DNA of 64,000 nt. Origin: Eubacteriales bacterium (GTDB lineage: Bacteria > Bacillota > Clostridia > Oscillospirales > CAG-382). How positions within the stretch are numbered: the first letter of the stretch is position 1; each line of letters starts with the position of its first letter. Positions 17,495-25,764 of this stretch are shown here, in pieces. The stretch covers positions 4,315 through 68,314 of the forward strand of contig JAZRVE010000099.1 in NCBI GenBank assembly GCA_045598975.1, read 5' to 3'. The translations under genes and the position numbers were made by a program. The notes beneath the pieces were generated by a model that did not search any database, was not told where the DNA came from, and saw only the letters and a program-made list of their open reading frames with translations.

Positions 17495-19360
17495 ATGTTC
17501 AAAAAATTAACGGCACTTGTCCTGGCTCTGCTCATGGTCGTTTCGGCGGTCATGTTTGCCGGATGCTCCAAAAAGAGCGACGACAAGGGTGCCATGATCC
17601 GGATGTATCTGACGTCCTGTCCGCAGTATCTTGATCCGACGGCGCTGACGTACGGCTCGGCGGAAAACGTAAAGCTGTTTGGGCTTTTGTACGAAGGACT
17701 GTTTACGATCGACGAAAAGGGCGCTTTGAAGAAACAGCTCGCCAAGAAGTGGGAATCCTTCGAGGATGCCCGTGACGGCAAGCTGAAACTGGAGATCAAG
17801 CTCGGCGACTCCAACTGGTCGGACGGTATCCCGGTCGACGCGGACGATTTCGTCTACGCATGGCAGAGACTGCTTCTGCCGACGACGGACAACCCCGCGG
17901 CGGCGCTTCTGTACCCCATAGAGAACGCCAAAGCCGTCAAGGAGGGCACCTGCTCGGTCAACGATCTCGGCGTGTACGCCATCAAGGATAACGTCATTCA
18001 GATCACGTTTGAAAACGGATTTACTGACGTGGACTACTTCCTCAGACGTCTTGCGAGCCCGGCACTCGTGCCGCTTCGCGAGGACAACGCCACCAAATTC
18101 GACGACGAGACCAACGCCGACTATCTGTGGGAAGCGTCTTCGACGCTGGCACTCCCGCTGACCAACGGCGCTTTCAAGTACCGCAAATTCACCGAGAACA
18201 CCATGGAACTGGAACGCAATATCCACTACGCAAACGTCAGTGCCAACGAAGATAACCCCGTCGATAAGGTCGTCAAGCCTTATCAGCTCATCACGGTGTA
18301 TAAGGACGGCAAGACCGATCTTTCCACGGCGGAAAAGCAGGTCGATTCCTTTAAGGACGGCGAGCTCTTCTATCTGAATCTGAGCGAAGCCGGCACCGAA
18401 ACGGTGGAAAAAGCCGGGAAGACGACCGAGAACGCTCTCCCGTCGCAGTATACCTATTTCTTTGATACCACGAGCGAACTGTTTTCCGACGCACGTGTCC
18501 GTAAGGCGCTTTCCATCGCGCTTGACCGTGAGTATATCGCGGTTCTTGCCGGCAGAAGCAAGGCAAACGCGGCGGCAGGTTTTGTGCCTGCCGGTGTTGA
18601 GGAAACGACCGGAAAGGGCGATTTCCGCAAGGTAGGCGGCAGCCTCTTCGTCCCGGGCGGCGATATGGAAGGCGCCAAGGCGCTCCTCGCCGAAGCCGGC
18701 GTCAAGAGCGGCTCCATTTCCCTTGATTACAATAAGGAACGTGCTTTTGAGAAGGATATCGCCGATTACGTCAAGTCCGTCTGGAAGGAACTCGGCTTCA
18801 AGGTGACGGTCAATGCCAAGAATTCCAAGATGATCAGCGGTCTCGCGGCAGGCTCCACGGGACTTGCCGACAGATCCGCCGCACGTGTGGTGGGCATGGA
18901 TATGCAGTGCCTCACGCCGGACGCCTTCGGTATCCTCGCGGCATTTTCCGGAAGATATGCCGGCGGCAAATTCGATCTGACCACCGAAAACGTCGAATAT
19001 ACCGACGTCAATATCACCGGCTTTGTGAGCGAGGAATATGACGCGCTGTGCGACGTGTTCGTCTATTCGTCCGACTCGAAGGAAAGAGCCGAAGCCCTGC
19101 ATGAAGCGGAAAAGATGCTCTTTGAGCAGTCGCCCGTCGCACCGCTCTTCCAGAATACCGATATCTATGCTTCGCGTGATCTGTCGGGCATCTCCCGCAA
19201 TAAGTTCGGCGGCTTTGTCTTCACCAAGGTCTCGCAGAAGGATTACCGCAAGTATCTGCCGGAGGAAGAAGAGCACGTCAGCCTCGTGACGGAGCAGGAA
19301 TCCGAAGCGGGAGCGGAAGAGCCGGCACCGGAAGAAACGGACGAACAGCAGGCTGAATAA
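17495..19360 (+). CDS. ABC transporter substrate-binding lipoprotein, family 5 (OppA/DppA-like)
   Basis: Signal peptide plus lipobox (MFKKLTALVLALLMVVSAVMFAGC), GGGAGG RBS, size and WSDG...DDFVYAW region typical of peptide/oligosaccharide SBPs. Acidic C-terminal tail. Confidence 0.75.
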   Translation: MFKKLTALVLALLMVVSAVMFAGCSKKSDDKGAMIRMYLTSCPQYLDPTALTYGSAENVKLFGLLYEGLFTIDEKGALKKQLAKKWESFEDARDGKLKLEIKLGDSNWSDGIPVDADDFVYAWQRLLLPTTDNPAAALLYPIENAKAVKEGTCSVNDLGVYAIKDNVIQITFENGFTDVDYFLRRLASPALVPLREDNATKFDDETNADYLWEASSTLALPLTNGAFKYRKFTENTMELERNIHYANVSANEDNPVDKVVKPYQLITVYKDGKTDLSTAEKQVDSFKDGELFYLNLSEAGTETVEKAGKTTENALPSQYTYFFDTTSELFSDARVRKALSIALDREYIAVLAGRSKANAAAGFVPAGVEETTGKGDFRKVGGSLFVPGGDMEGAKALLAEAGVKSGSISLDYNKERAFEKDIADYVKSVWKELGFKVTVNAKNSKMISGLAAGSTGLADRSAARVVGMDMQCLTPDAFGILAAFSGRYAGGKFDLTTENVEYTDVNITGFVSEEYDALCDVFVYSSDSKERAEALHEAEKMLFEQSPVAPLFQNTDIYASRDLSGISRNKFGGFVFTKVSQKDYRKYLPEEEEHVSLVTEQESEAGAEEPAPEETDEQQAE

Positions 19361-19379
19361 AAAAGAATGAAACAAATGC

Positions 19380-19415
19380 GAACATACCGGCGTCTTTTGC
19401 CGGTATGTTCGTTTG
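19380..19415 (+). terminator. terminator hairpin after the SBP gene
   Basis: Perfect 12-bp stem GAACATACCGGC/GCCGGTATGTTC followed by a short T-rich tail. Confidence 0.6.
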
Positions 19416-19433
19416 TCGCAGGGGGTGACGCGG

Positions 19434-20321
19434 ATGTCGGACGTGTTGAAACGAAACGGTTTTTCTTTCAATAAAAAATACGGACAGAATTTTTTGCAGG
19501 ACGTCAAGATCCCGCGTCGCATCGCGGCGGAATGCGCGACTTATCCCGAAGAAAGCAGGGGAGAAGACGGTAAGACCGAGGCGCTGATCTTGGAAATCGG
19601 GCCGGGAGCGGGCATCCTCACAAAGGAGCTTGCCGCCGTATATCGCCGCGTGACGGCGGTGGAGATCGACACGACGCTGGCGCCCGTCTTACAGGAAACG
19701 CTTGCCGACACGGAAAACGCCGAGATCATCTTCGGCGACATCATGGAAACCGACGTCGGGGCGTTGCTTGACGCAAGGCGCGTGACGGCGGACGGAAAAA
19801 AACTGCCGGTCTCGGTGTGCGCAAACCTGCCGTATTATATCACGACGCCCATTCTCATGAAGCTCGTCGAGAGCGGGTACGGTTTCGACTGCATCACCGT
19901 CATGGTACAGAAGGAGGTCGCGTCCCGGCTGTGCGCCGCCGCAGGCAGTGCCGAATACGGGAGCATCACGGCGTCCCTCGGACTGTACGGCACGGTGAAG
20001 AAGCTGTTTTCGGTGCCGTCCGGCTGTTTTTATCCGCGTCCCAAGGTGGACAGCGCCGTCATCCGGCTTTCGTTTTACCGCCCGGCACGCTATACGACGG
20101 AGCAGATCGCGGCGGCGTCGCGCTTTATCAAAGCCGCGTTCTCGGTGCGCCGCAAAACGCTCGTCAACGCGCTTTCGCAGTGTTATCCGCAGTGCACGGA
20201 CAAGGCGAAGCTCGGCGCATGGCTGAAAGCGAACGGCTTTTCCGAAACGGTGCGCGGCGAAACGCTGACGACGGAGGATTTTGTAAGACTTTCCGACAGC
20301 TTCGGACAAATGTTCGGATAA
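19434..20321 (+). CDS. rsmA: 16S rRNA (adenine1518/1519-N6)-dimethyltransferase
   Basis: KKYGQNFLQD, EIGPGAGILT, NLPYYITTPI motifs. Confidence 0.9.
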   Translation: MSDVLKRNGFSFNKKYGQNFLQDVKIPRRIAAECATYPEESRGEDGKTEALILEIGPGAGILTKELAAVYRRVTAVEIDTTLAPVLQETLADTENAEIIFGDIMETDVGALLDARRVTADGKKLPVSVCANLPYYITTPILMKLVESGYGFDCITVMVQKEVASRLCAAAGSAEYGSITASLGLYGTVKKLFSVPSGCFYPRPKVDSAVIRLSFYRPARYTTEQIAAASRFIKAAFSVRRKTLVNALSQCYPQCTDKAKLGAWLKANGFSETVRGETLTTEDFVRLSDSFGQMFG

Positions 20322-20358
20322 TGTTTACAAATTATACAAAAAAAAGTAAAATCGGCGC

Positions 20359-20387
20359 TTTACAAAACCGAAAGAGTGTGGTATACT
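20359..20387 (+). promoter_or_regulatory. rpsO promoter
   Basis: TTTACA, 17 nt, TG-n-TATACT (20382-20387). Followed by a leader of roughly 130 nt. Confidence 0.6.
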
Positions 20388-20526
20388 ACCACAAGATAAG
20401 ATTGCTTGCCTTGCGCAGTTGCGGGACATAAGCCTTACGGGGAGACCCGTTCAAGAGGAATTCACCCACCCGCGACTATGTGACGGGAGCGCTTGTCGGA
20501 AAATTTTTATAAAGGTGGAGATCAAC

Positions 20527-20793
20527 ATGATCACAAAGGAAATCAAGCAGGAAATCATCGACAAGTACAAGATGCACGAGGGCGACACGGGTTCTCCCGA
20601 AGTGCAGATCGCGGTCCTTACCTACCGCATCAACACGCTCAACGAGCACCTCAAAAACAACAAGCACGACTTCCATTCCCGCCGCGGTCTTCTGAAAATG
20701 GTCGGTCACAGAAGAAATCTTCTCAACTACCTCACCAAGACGGATGTCAACCGCTACCGTGCCATCGTGGAAAAGCTCGGTTTGAGAAAGTAA
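20527..20793 (+). CDS. rpsO: 30S ribosomal protein S15
   Basis: 88 aa. [11 protein letters not shown] and [23 protein letters not shown] are S15 signatures. Confidence 0.95.
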   Translation: MITKEIKQEIIDKYKMHEGDTGSPEVQIAVLTYRINTLNEHLKNNKHDFHSRRGLLKMVGHRRNLLNYLTKTDVNRYRAIVEKLGLRK

Positions 20794-20810
20794 GAAAGCA
20801 AGAACAGTCA

Positions 20811-20850
20811 GGCGGAAAAACGAAAGTCTTTCCGCCTTCGATTGTTTTTT
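20811..20850 (+). terminator. rpsO terminator/attenuator
   Basis: Stem GGCGGAAA/TTTCCGCC followed by a T-rich tract. Confidence 0.65.
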
Positions 20851-21006
20851 GCGAAAGGAACGAAAAAAGATATTTACGGAGACCGAAACGGTTTTTAGCA
20901 TTTAATGAACGACCGGAGGCGCTTCCGATCTCTCATTAAGTGCTAAACCCCGGAACAAGGGGAACGTTCGGGACTCCGTGAAAATAAAAAAACGGAGGAA
21001 AAAACC

Positions 21007-23097
21007 ATGTTCGAGAATTACAGAACCTTTTCTACCACGCTCGCCGGCAGACCGTTCACGGTCGAGACCGGCAAGATCGCCCAGCTCGCAAGCGGCTCCT
21101 GCCTCGTGCGCTACGGCGATACCGCCATTCTTGCAACGGCAACGGCTTCCAAAGCGCCCCGCGACGGCATCGACTTTCTGCCGCTTTCGGTGGAATTTGA
21201 GGAGCGTCTGTACGCTGTCGGCAAGATCCCGGGCTCCTTCCTCAAAAGAGAAGGCAAGCCGACCGAAAAAGCGGTGCTGACCTCCCGTGTCATCGACCGC
21301 CCCATCCGTCCGCTCTTCCCGAAGGATCTGCGCAACGACGTTACGCTCGATCTGCTCGTGCTTTCGGTCGATCCCGACTGCTCGCCGGAAGTGACGGGAC
21401 TCATCGGTGCGTCTATCGCCCTCTCCATTTCGGATATTCCGTGGAACGGTCCGGTCGCAAGCGTTTTCGTGGGCTACGTTGACGGCGAGATCGTCATCAA
21501 CCCGACGGCAGAGCAGAGAGCAAAGTCGGAGCTGGAACTCACGGTCGCCAGCAGCGAAAAGAAGGTCGTCATGATCGAAGCAGGCGCTAAGGAGATCAGC
21601 GACGATACCATGTTCGATGCCATCATGAAGGCGCATGAAGTCAACTGCGAGACCGTTAAATTCATCAATCACATCAAAGACGAGATCGGCAAGCCGAAGT
21701 TCGATTATTCGTCCTGCGAGGTGGATCACGATCTCTTTGAAAAGATCAGCGAATACGCCATCGAAAAGGTCAGAGGCGCACTTGACACCGACGACAAGAA
21801 CGTTCGCGAACAGCGGCTGAAAGTCGTGTATGACGACGTGTTCGAACACTTTTCCGATATCAATCCCGAAGGCGAAAAGACGGCGGAGATCAACGAATGT
21901 CTGTACAAATTGCAGAAATTCGTGGTCAGACGCTGGCTGCTTGACGACGGCAAGCGTGTCGACGGCAGACGCCTCGATGAGATCCGTCCGCTCGCCGCGG
22001 AAGTGGGACTCTTCAAGAGAACGCACGGCTCCGCCATGTTCACCCGCGGACAGACGCAGGTCGTCACGGTGGCAACGCTCGGACTTGTCAACGAACAGCA
22101 GATGCTCGACGGTATTGACGATGAAGAATTCAAGCGCTATATGCACCACTATAATATGCCCAGCTACTCGGTCGGCGAGACCAAACCCTCCCGCGGTCCC
22201 GGACGCCGTGAGATCGGTCACGGTGCTCTTGCCGAGCGTGCTCTGCTTCCCGTCATCCCGTCGGTAGACGATTTCCCGTATTCCATCCGTCTGGTTTCGG
22301 AAGTCGTTTCCTCCAACGGCTCGACTTCTCAGGCATCCATCTGCGGCTCTACGCTTGCTCTTATGGACGCGGGCGTTCCGATCTCGGCACCGGTCGCCGG
22401 TATTTCCTGCGGTCTTATCACCGAGGGCGAGCGCTGGATGACCATGCTTGACATTCAGGGACTGGAAGACTTCTTCGGCGACATGGACTTCAAGGTTGCC
22501 GGCACCAAAAAGGGTATCACGGCTATTCAGATGGACCTTAAAATCGACGGTCTTACGCCGGAGATCATCAAGGCGGCCTTTGAGCAGACGCACAAGGGAC
22601 GCGATTATATCCTCGATGAGATCATGTTGAAGTGCATTCCCGCACCGCGTGAAGACGTGTCCGCGTATGCACCCAAGATGATCACCATCAAGATCGATCC
22701 CGACAAGATCGGCGACGTCATCGGCAAGAGTGGTAAGGTCATTCAGGCGATCACCGCCGAGACCGGCACCAGGATCGACATCGAGGATGACGGCAGCGTG
22801 TTTATCGCGAGCGTCGATAAGGCGGCGGCTCTGCGTGCCAAGGAATATGTCGAAGTGATTGCCAACGATCCCGAGCCCGGTGCACTCTATACGGGCAAGG
22901 TGACGCGGCTGATGTCGTTCGGCTGCTTCGTGGAGATCGCTCCCGGCAAGGAAGGACTCGTCCACATTTCCAAGCTCGATAAGACGCGTGTGGAAAAGGT
23001 GGAGGACGTCGTCACCGTGGGTGATACCATCAAGGTCAAGGTGCTCGGCACCGACGAAAAGGGACGTCTCAATCTCTCCCGCAAAGACGCGCTTTAA
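21007..23097 (+). CDS. pnp: polyribonucleotide nucleotidyltransferase (PNPase)
   Basis: 696 aa with two RNase PH domains, KH (IGKSGKVI) and S1 (GKVTRLMSFGCFVEI) domains. Confidence 0.95.
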   Translation: MFENYRTFSTTLAGRPFTVETGKIAQLASGSCLVRYGDTAILATATASKAPRDGIDFLPLSVEFEERLYAVGKIPGSFLKREGKPTEKAVLTSRVIDRPIRPLFPKDLRNDVTLDLLVLSVDPDCSPEVTGLIGASIALSISDIPWNGPVASVFVGYVDGEIVINPTAEQRAKSELELTVASSEKKVVMIEAGAKEISDDTMFDAIMKAHEVNCETVKFINHIKDEIGKPKFDYSSCEVDHDLFEKISEYAIEKVRGALDTDDKNVREQRLKVVYDDVFEHFSDINPEGEKTAEINECLYKLQKFVVRRWLLDDGKRVDGRRLDEIRPLAAEVGLFKRTHGSAMFTRGQTQVVTVATLGLVNEQQMLDGIDDEEFKRYMHHYNMPSYSVGETKPSRGPGRREIGHGALAERALLPVIPSVDDFPYSIRLVSEVVSSNGSTSQASICGSTLALMDAGVPISAPVAGISCGLITEGERWMTMLDIQGLEDFFGDMDFKVAGTKKGITAIQMDLKIDGLTPEIIKAAFEQTHKGRDYILDEIMLKCIPAPREDVSAYAPKMITIKIDPDKIGDVIGKSGKVIQAITAETGTRIDIEDDGSVFIASVDKAAALRAKEYVEVIANDPEPGALYTGKVTRLMSFGCFVEIAPGKEGLVHISKLDKTRVEKVEDVVTVGDTIKVKVLGTDEKGRLNLSRKDAL

Positions 23098-23113
23098 TAT
23101 CTGACAGCAGAAT

Positions 23114-23149
23114 GGCGGTCGGACGGAAATCTGTCTGACCGCCTTTTTT
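23114..23149 (+). terminator. pnp terminator
   Basis: Stem GGCGGTC..GACCGCC followed by TTTTTT. Confidence 0.7.
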
Positions 23150-23164
23150 AAGGGGGAAAACGGA

Positions 23165-23878
23165 ATGGAACCCATGCGGCTTCAAAAATATGTATCGGAC
23201 TGCGGGCTGATGTCGAGGCGCGCGGCGGAAAAAGAGATCGGGAACGGCGCGTTTACCGTCAACGGCAGACGGGCAAGCCTCGGCGATAAAGTAAAAGACG
23301 GCGACGACGTGCGTTATCGCGGAAAAGCGGTGCGCCGGTCGGGGGAGGACAAGGTGTACGTCCTGCTCAATAAGCCGCGCGGCTACGTCACGACGCTTGC
23401 GGACGAGGAAGGACGCAAATGCCTGCCGGATCTGCTTAAAGATCTCCCGGAGCGGGTATACCCCTGCGGACGGCTTGACAGAGATTCGGAGGGGCTTGTC
23501 ATCCTCACCAACGACGGCGAGATCGCCAATAAGCTCATGCATCCCAAGACACACGTGGAAAAGGTGTATCACGTCAAGGTGCGCACCGAGATCGAACAGG
23601 ATAAGCTTTCGCTTCTCAACGGACCCATGACGCTCGACGGATATGCCATCAAGCCGGTCAAGGTGACCGTCATCGAGCGTAAGGAGGGCACGACGATGCT
23701 GAAATTCGTGCTCACCGAGGGCAGAAACCGACAGATCCGCAAGATGTGCGAGCAGGCGTCGCTGGACGTTCTGCGGCTTAAACGGGTGTCGGTGGGGGAG
23801 ATCAATATCGGGATGCTGACGCCCGGTAAGTGGAAGTATATGAACTATAATGAGATACAGTACTTAAAAAACCTGTAA
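23165..23878 (+). CDS. pseudouridine synthase, RsuA/RluB family
   Basis: N-terminal S4 domain (RLQKYVSDCGLMSRRAAEKEI) and catalytic GRLDRDSEGL motif. Confidence 0.85.
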   Translation: MEPMRLQKYVSDCGLMSRRAAEKEIGNGAFTVNGRRASLGDKVKDGDDVRYRGKAVRRSGEDKVYVLLNKPRGYVTTLADEEGRKCLPDLLKDLPERVYPCGRLDRDSEGLVILTNDGEIANKLMHPKTHVEKVYHVKVRTEIEQDKLSLLNGPMTLDGYAIKPVKVTVIERKEGTTMLKFVLTEGRNRQIRKMCEQASLDVLRLKRVSVGEINIGMLTPGKWKYMNYNEIQYLKNL

Positions 23879-23912
23879 GGGCTGCCTTCGCCGGAAAGGA
23901 AAGATCATAGTC

Positions 23913-24305
23913 ATGTTGGAAATGCGACCGGTGTATACCTCATATGAGCGGGAGGAATATACAAAGCCGTTCGGCATCGTGCCGGAGGAGGGAAGCGTGG
24001 TCATCTGTGCCCGCTACCCCGAAAGATTCGTAGGCATGGCCTATATCCGCATCGAAGGGGAAAAGGGCTTTGTGCGCCGTCTTTCGCTCGTTGACGGGTA
24101 CGAGGACGAGACAGATTTGTTTCTGCTCGGCAAAGCGATGCTCAATTATATGGAGCGGCACGGCGCCAAATGCGCGGTCTACCCGGACGTCACCGATGAA
24201 AAGGCGGCAAAGCGGCTCGGGTTTGCCCCGGAAGAGGACGGAAAAGCCTGGACACTGTCGCTCGTCGGATATTTTACGGAAAAGCACGGAGCGTGTCACG
24301 CATGA
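23913..24305 (+). CDS. hypothetical protein (weakly GNAT-like)
   Basis: 130-aa ORF with an RBS, translationally coupled to azlC. No strong motif. Confidence 0.4.
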   Translation: MLEMRPVYTSYEREEYTKPFGIVPEEGSVVICARYPERFVGMAYIRIEGEKGFVRRLSLVDGYEDETDLFLLGKAMLNYMERHGAKCAVYPDVTDEKAAKRLGFAPEEDGKAWTLSLVGYFTEKHGACHA

Positions 24306-25087
24306 GAACAAAGAAAGAAAAAATGCCGGTCGGCAGAGTCGAAAACCGGTTTCAAAAAGGGTTTTCGGACGGGATCCCGATTTGTCTCGGATACCTGTCG
24401 GTGTCGTTCGCGTTCGGCATGACGGCGGTACAGAGCGGGTTGCCCATCCTTTGGACGGTGCTCGTGTCCATGACCAATCTGACTTCCGCCGGGCAGGTGG
24501 CGGGCGTACCGATCCTGCTTGCCGGCGGCAGTGCCGTCGAAATGGCGCTGACACAGTTTGTCATCAACCTGCGGTATGCCCTTATGTCCATTTCGCTTTC
24601 GCAGAAATTACATAACGTGTCGGTTGCCGACCGGTTTGCCATCGGCTTCGGCATCACCGACGAGATTTTTGCCGTTTCGGTCTCCAAGCCCTGCGAGATC
24701 GGCAAGCGGTATATGGCGGGGCTGATCCTGTCACCCTATCTCGGCTGGACGGCGGGGACGATCATCGGCGCGGCGGCAGGCTCGCTTTTGCCCGCTTCTG
24801 TGCGCTCGGCGCTCGGGATCGCGCTGTACGCCATGTTCATCGCCATCATAATCCCGCCGGCGAAAAAGAGCCGCGCGGTGGCGGCGGTGGTCGTCATAGC
24901 GGCGGCGTTCAGTTGTACGTTCGCCTACGTGCCGTTTATGAAAGCGTTGTTTGCCGGCTCTTCCGGCTTTGTTATCATCATCTGCGCCGTGGTATCGGCG
25001 GTGATCGGCGCTCTCGTCTGGCCCATCTGGGAAGCCGGTGGGGACGGCGAAGAGAAAACGCCTGACGGTAAGGAGGAAACGGCATGA
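24302..25087 (+). CDS. azlC: AzlC-family branched-chain amino acid exporter subunit
   Basis: GIPICLGYLSVSFAFG ... LTSAGQ pattern and multiple TM helices. ATGA overlap with the upstream stop. Confidence 0.8.
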   Translation: MRTKKEKMPVGRVENRFQKGFSDGIPICLGYLSVSFAFGMTAVQSGLPILWTVLVSMTNLTSAGQVAGVPILLAGGSAVEMALTQFVINLRYALMSISLSQKLHNVSVADRFAIGFGITDEIFAVSVSKPCEIGKRYMAGLILSPYLGWTAGTIIGAAAGSLLPASVRSALGIALYAMFIAIIIPPAKKSRAVAAVVVIAAAFSCTFAYVPFMKALFAGSSGFVIIICAVVSAVIGALVWPIWEAGGDGEEKTPDGKEETA

Positions 25088-25404
25088 ATACGACCGTGCT
25101 TATTGTTGATCTTGTCGTCATGGCGGGCGTCACGTATCTCATCCGTGCCGTGCCGCTTGTGCTGGTGCGCAAAAAAATACGCAACCGTTTCATTAGCTCG
25201 TTTTTGTTTTATATCCCTTATGCGGTGTTAGCGGCGATGACCATTCCCGCCATCTTTTCCTGCACGCAGAACGTGCTGTCGGCGATCGTCGGGCTTGTCG
25301 TGGCGCTCATCGTCGCGCTTTGCGGCAAGGGCTTGCTCGTCGTGGCACTGTCAGCCTGCTCGGCGGTGTATATCGTTGAGCTGATACAGAGGCTGATCGG
25401 ATAA
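25084..25404 (+). CDS. azlD: AzlD-family branched-chain amino acid transport protein
   Basis: 106-aa hydrophobic protein with an ATGA overlap with azlC. Confidence 0.75.
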   Translation: MNTTVLIVDLVVMAGVTYLIRAVPLVLVRKKIRNRFISSFLFYIPYAVLAAMTIPAIFSCTQNVLSAIVGLVVALIVALCGKGLLVVALSACSAVYIVELIQRLIG

Positions 25405-25423
25405 ATTGTATCACCGTATCCAC

Positions 25424-25462
25424 AGGTGTCCCCTTCCGTTTATGGTAGGGACACCTTTTTTG
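25424..25462 (+). terminator. azlCD terminator
   Basis: Stem AGGTGTCCC/GGGACACCT followed by TTTTTT. Confidence 0.75.
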
Positions 25463-25539
25463 TCCGACGACTTGAAAAGCATCTGCTTCGCCCGATTGCA
25501 CTGATTGAATATGTAGGAACAATGGTTTCATTTTTGTTA

Positions 25540-25568
25540 TTGACAAAATGGGAAACATGTGGTAATCT
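25540..25568 (+). promoter_or_regulatory. promoter of the AT-rich lipoprotein gene
   Basis: TTGACA (25540-25545), 17 nt, TG-n-TAATCT (25563-25568). Confidence 0.55.
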
Positions 25569-25573
25569 ATACG

Positions 25574-25688
25574 TACCACACAAAATCGAATACAGAATTC
25601 TGCAAAAAGCTTGCGTTTTTTCATCGGTAAAAATGCGGGCTTATTTCGCAGGCTTTTTTGCGGAATGTATTAACGATTTTGTGTGGTA
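25574..25688 (+). other. long imperfect hairpin (about 115 nt) in the 5' leader
   Basis: Perfect 15-bp pairing of TACCACACAAAATCG (25574-25588) with CGATTTTGTGTGGTA (25674-25688). An inner helix pairs AAAAAGCTTGCG (25604-25615) with CGCAGGCTTTTT (25647-25658). Confidence 0.7.
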
Positions 25689-25712
25689 GCAAACGTTGAG
25701 TCACGCATTTTT

Positions 25713-25750
25713 CGTGTGTGGCTTGTCGTTTGACACCACACACTTTTTTT
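25713..25750 (+). terminator. terminator-like hairpin inside the leader, 3 nt before the RBS
   Basis: GTGTGTGG (25714-25721) pairs with CCACACAC (25736-25743), followed by T7 (25744-25750). GGAGGA at 25754 and ATG at 25765. Confidence 0.65.
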
Positions 25751-25764
25751 ATCGGAGGACAGCA

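Noticed and set aside
17507-19522. 671-aa minus-strand ORF opposite the SBP gene
   Set aside because: Antisense shadow ORF with low-complexity R/G/L-rich translation. The plus-strand gene has a signal peptide, lipobox and RBS.
20902-23175. 757-aa minus-strand ORF opposite pnp
   Set aside because: Antisense to an unmistakable PNPase gene. Its composition is typical of shadow frames.
25426-25689. 87-aa plus-strand ORF in the azlD-lipoprotein spacer
   Set aside because: It starts inside the azlD terminator and has no RBS. The region is better explained by a promoter plus a long RNA hairpin.
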